Source: Eledone cirrhosa
Taxonomy: Eukaryota
Reading direction: 5' to 3'
DNA length: 64,000 nucleotides
Assembly (NCBI GenBank): GCA_964016885.1
Contig: OZ024740.1
Coordinates: 423,274,001-423,338,000 of the forward strand
Position numbers and translations under genes: made by a program. Shown here one piece after another: positions 61,093 through 64,000 of this stretch. How positions within the stretch are numbered: the first letter of the stretch is position 1; every line of letters begins with the position of its first letter. The notes under the pieces are model-generated. The model saw only the letters and a list, made by a program, of their open reading frames with translations. It did no database searches and was not told the origin of the DNA.

Positions 61093-63493
61093 ACTTTCTT
61101 TTTATTTGCCACCAGGGCGTCAAAGAGTGGGACAAGAACAATGGGGGGGGGGGAGTTTACATAAAAAGGGGTCCTCAATAAGGAGGAGGCAATAACAAAA
61201 TATAAAAATATAAAATATAAAATATAACAAAAATAAATTGAATAACAAAATCCTCAATAGGGAGGAGGCGCCTTGGGGGGGTCCCCCCCGAAAAAGTGTG
61301 CAACCCTTCTCCTCAGGAGCACAGAGAGAGGGTGCTCCCTTGATCTTTCATCTTTCTCACCTACAGTCTGATGTAGAGTGAAGGCCCATTCACACGGGCC
61401 ATTCTCGCCACTTTCACCCATCTTTCATAAAAACGACTGGGGTGCAGCACCTCTCTCTCCATCCTGATCCTTCTTCCGAAATGATATCGGAAGAAACGGA
61501 CCAGTTGTTGGCCAGAGAGAAAGGTGTCTGACCTCAGTCCTTTCAGACGCATCCACCATACAACCTCTTTCACCATGGCTATTACGACAGAAACACCGCC
61601 TCTCTTTCATTTTTGAAGAGGGGAGGCGCCTTGATCGTTACAATAGACTCGGTGGTCAACCGGATCGGTCCCACCCGTGACAGCAGTCGTTCGACATAGC
61701 CCCACAGATCGGCAATGCCCGAGCAGTGTACCAATGCGTGTGCAACGGTTTCCTCGTCGCACACGCATCTGGGACAGATCTTTTTCGAGGGGTCCCTACC
61801 CGGGCGCCCGTGTCTGTAGAGCTTTTCTCGAATGGGCAGAAACCCCTCGGTAGCACTGCCAGGCCAGGGACCTCTGGAAGTTATCCATAGGTCCCGGGCT
61901 GAATGTCCTACCGAACAGGTTGGCCAGTTCGTTTTTCTCCATGCCTAGGGCTTCTCCGAGGGCGTCGTCGCACCTGCTAACCACCAGCCCTCTATAGAAT
62001 GATGAGGTGGATTCTCCACTGACAGCCGGGTCCGCCTGCACGAGAGCCGTGAGCGCCTGGGCACACTCAGTGTGCCAGGCGCCCAGTTACCTCGGTCTTT
62101 GCTTGACCCAGGACTGCAGCTCGGTGAGCTAGACGAGTCCGGGAAAGGCTCGCCTCACAAACGGGGCCCACACCGGTTGACCGGTGAGGAATACCTGGAG
62201 GTGCCGTAGCCTTAATGCGTGTTTACGCATCATCAGCCACGGCCTCCCCAGCCCTCCTTTCGAAGGGTGTTGACAGCAGATGGATCTCCTCACCATAGGA
62301 GCCCGCTTCTTCCAAAGGAATTGGAAGAGTGTGCGCTCCATTTTGGCGAGCGTTTCCCTTGGGCAAGGCACGACGGTCAGGCGGTAGTAGATGACGGACG
62401 CTATATAAGTGTCCGCCACCTCCGCCCGACCTTTCAGGGACAGTTTGCACTCGGCCCACTTCTGGGTCAGTGCAAACACTCTGTTCGTTACCTCACCCCA
62501 GTTCTTCTCCACCTGGAGGTCTGGTCCGAACCAGACCCCGAGCAACTTCACCAGGCCCTCCGTCCAGCGCCCGACGATGCCATCGGAGGGCATCGATTTG
62601 CCCCTCCACGTGCCGAGTTGCAAACCGATCGACTTGTCCCGGTTCAGCTTAGGCCTTGTAAACCTTTCGTACTCCTCCAGTAAGGTGCCGATCGCCCCGA
62701 TTTCCGGGGCCGTCGACACCATTACTGATACGTCATCGGCGTAGGCCGATACCGCTTTCCGCAATCCCGGTTCCAACGGGATGCCCTGCAACAACTCCAA
62801 CTTCCGCAGCAGTGGCTCTAGAGTCATTACATACAGAAGGGAGGAGAGAGGGCACTCTTGTCGGATGGACCGCGCGATATCGAACGGCTCCGAGAGGTAG
62901 CCATTCACCTTGACTCTAGAGCAGATGCGGCTGCTGTGCATGGCAGTGATCCAGCCCCTGAAAACGAGTCCGAAGCCTGCTGCCGCTAGCACCGCATCCA
63001 GGTAACCATGGTCGACCCTATCGAACGCCTTAGATTGATCCAAGTTGATCAGGGCCCCACCTATGATGTATCGCATGAGGTGGAGGTTGTCGTGGATGGA
63101 CCTGGACGGGATAGCACATGTCTGCGCATCTCTCACCAGGTTGCCCACGACAAGCGCCAACCTCTTTGCTAGCACCTTGGCCAAAATCTGTAACTCTGTA
63201 TTTAGCAGAGTTATGGGCCTGAAATTACTTATATCGTCCCCCTTGTTCTCGTCCTTCCTCACTAGCGTGACTACGCCCTTGGTGACAACACAGGGAATTC
63301 TCCCGTTCTGTTGCCAGTTGCAGTAGACCGCCTCGAGGAGATCGGGGAACAAGTCCGGCATAGCTAGATATAGTTCGTATGGAAGACCATCGAGACCCGG
63401 GGATTTGCGTTTGCCGCATTGGCTCAGCACCTTCTCTATCTCAGCGGCTGAAATCGGTTCCTCGCAGGACTTCGCCTCCGAACAATCTGGCAA
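61093..63493 (-). mobile_element. 5'-truncated L1/Tx1 copy (RT, C-terminal zinc finger, 3' UTR)
   Basis: [44 protein letters not shown]...HC. Confidence 0.93.
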
Positions 63494-63513
63494 AGTGCTT
63501 TTGCTGCATGTGC

Positions 63514-64000
63514 GACGACTTGCTCGGTGAAACTCTGGGCGTAAAGGAAGACGAACTGGCCATTCTGTTCGGTAGGACCTTCCGCCCGGAACCGATGGAC
63601 AACTTCCAAAAGTTCCTGGCCTGGCAGTGCTATCGAGGAGCTCTACCAGTTCGAGACAAGCTCTACAGACATGGGCGCCCGGGCAGGGACCCTGCAATAA
63701 AGATCTGTCCGAGGTGCGTGCGAGACGAAGAAACCGTCGCGCACGCATTCATACACTGCCCGGGCGTCACCGACATGTGGGGCTATGTAGAACGACTATT
63801 GTCGCGGGTGGGACCAATCCGGTTGACCACCGAGTCCATTGTCATGATCAAACCGCCACCACCCTCCTTCAAAAACGAAGGAGAGGCAGTTTTCCTTTGT
63901 GTGATAGCTATGGCGAAAGAGGTTGTATGGTGGATAAGGTTGAAAGGGCTGAGGTCAGACACCTTTCTCTCCGGCCAACAACTGATCTTATTTTCAAATA
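63514..64000 (+). mobile_element. L1/Tx1 ORF2 C-terminal fragment running off the window
   Basis: CDDLLGETLGVKEDEL...MDNFQKFLAWQCYRGALPVRDKL...CPRCVRDEETVAHAFIHC. Confidence 0.88.

Noticed and set aside
61093-64000. Twin-priming 5' inversion of a single L1
   Set aside because: The minus and plus pieces overlap in element coordinates and are diverged, so they are independent insertions.

Overview
Repeat-dominated animal (eukaryotic) genomic DNA. The SINE/RTE/(TA)n landscape suggests a cephalopod such as Octopus; that is inference only. No intact host protein-coding gene is recognisable. Almost all long ORFs in the track are artefacts of (TA)n, (CA)n or minisatellite translation, or are LINE remnants. 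The window holds a 6.9-kb 48/45-bp minisatellite, several kb of punctuated (TA)n, many 5'-truncated RTE LINEs, one CR1-type LINE, five L1/Tx1-type LINE pieces, tRNA-derived SINEs, MITEs, a non-autonomous Helitron and decayed hAT/Tigger transposases. The strongest unexplained signal is a recurring Penelope-type architecture: fold-back (inverted) 5' ends, minimal type-I hammerhead ribozyme motifs with palindromic stem III, and insertion into (TA)n. Six convincing hammerhead motifs were found by eye, including a variant core (CCGAAGA) in both arms of a spacer-less 870-bp palindrome. Also notable are L1/Tx1 copies stacked in a (GATA)n tract with a 23-bp target-site duplication, and a possible bidirectional RFX/CTCF-motif promoter near 58.5 kb, where LINE orientation flips. 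All structures were read manually; no searches or folding programs were run.
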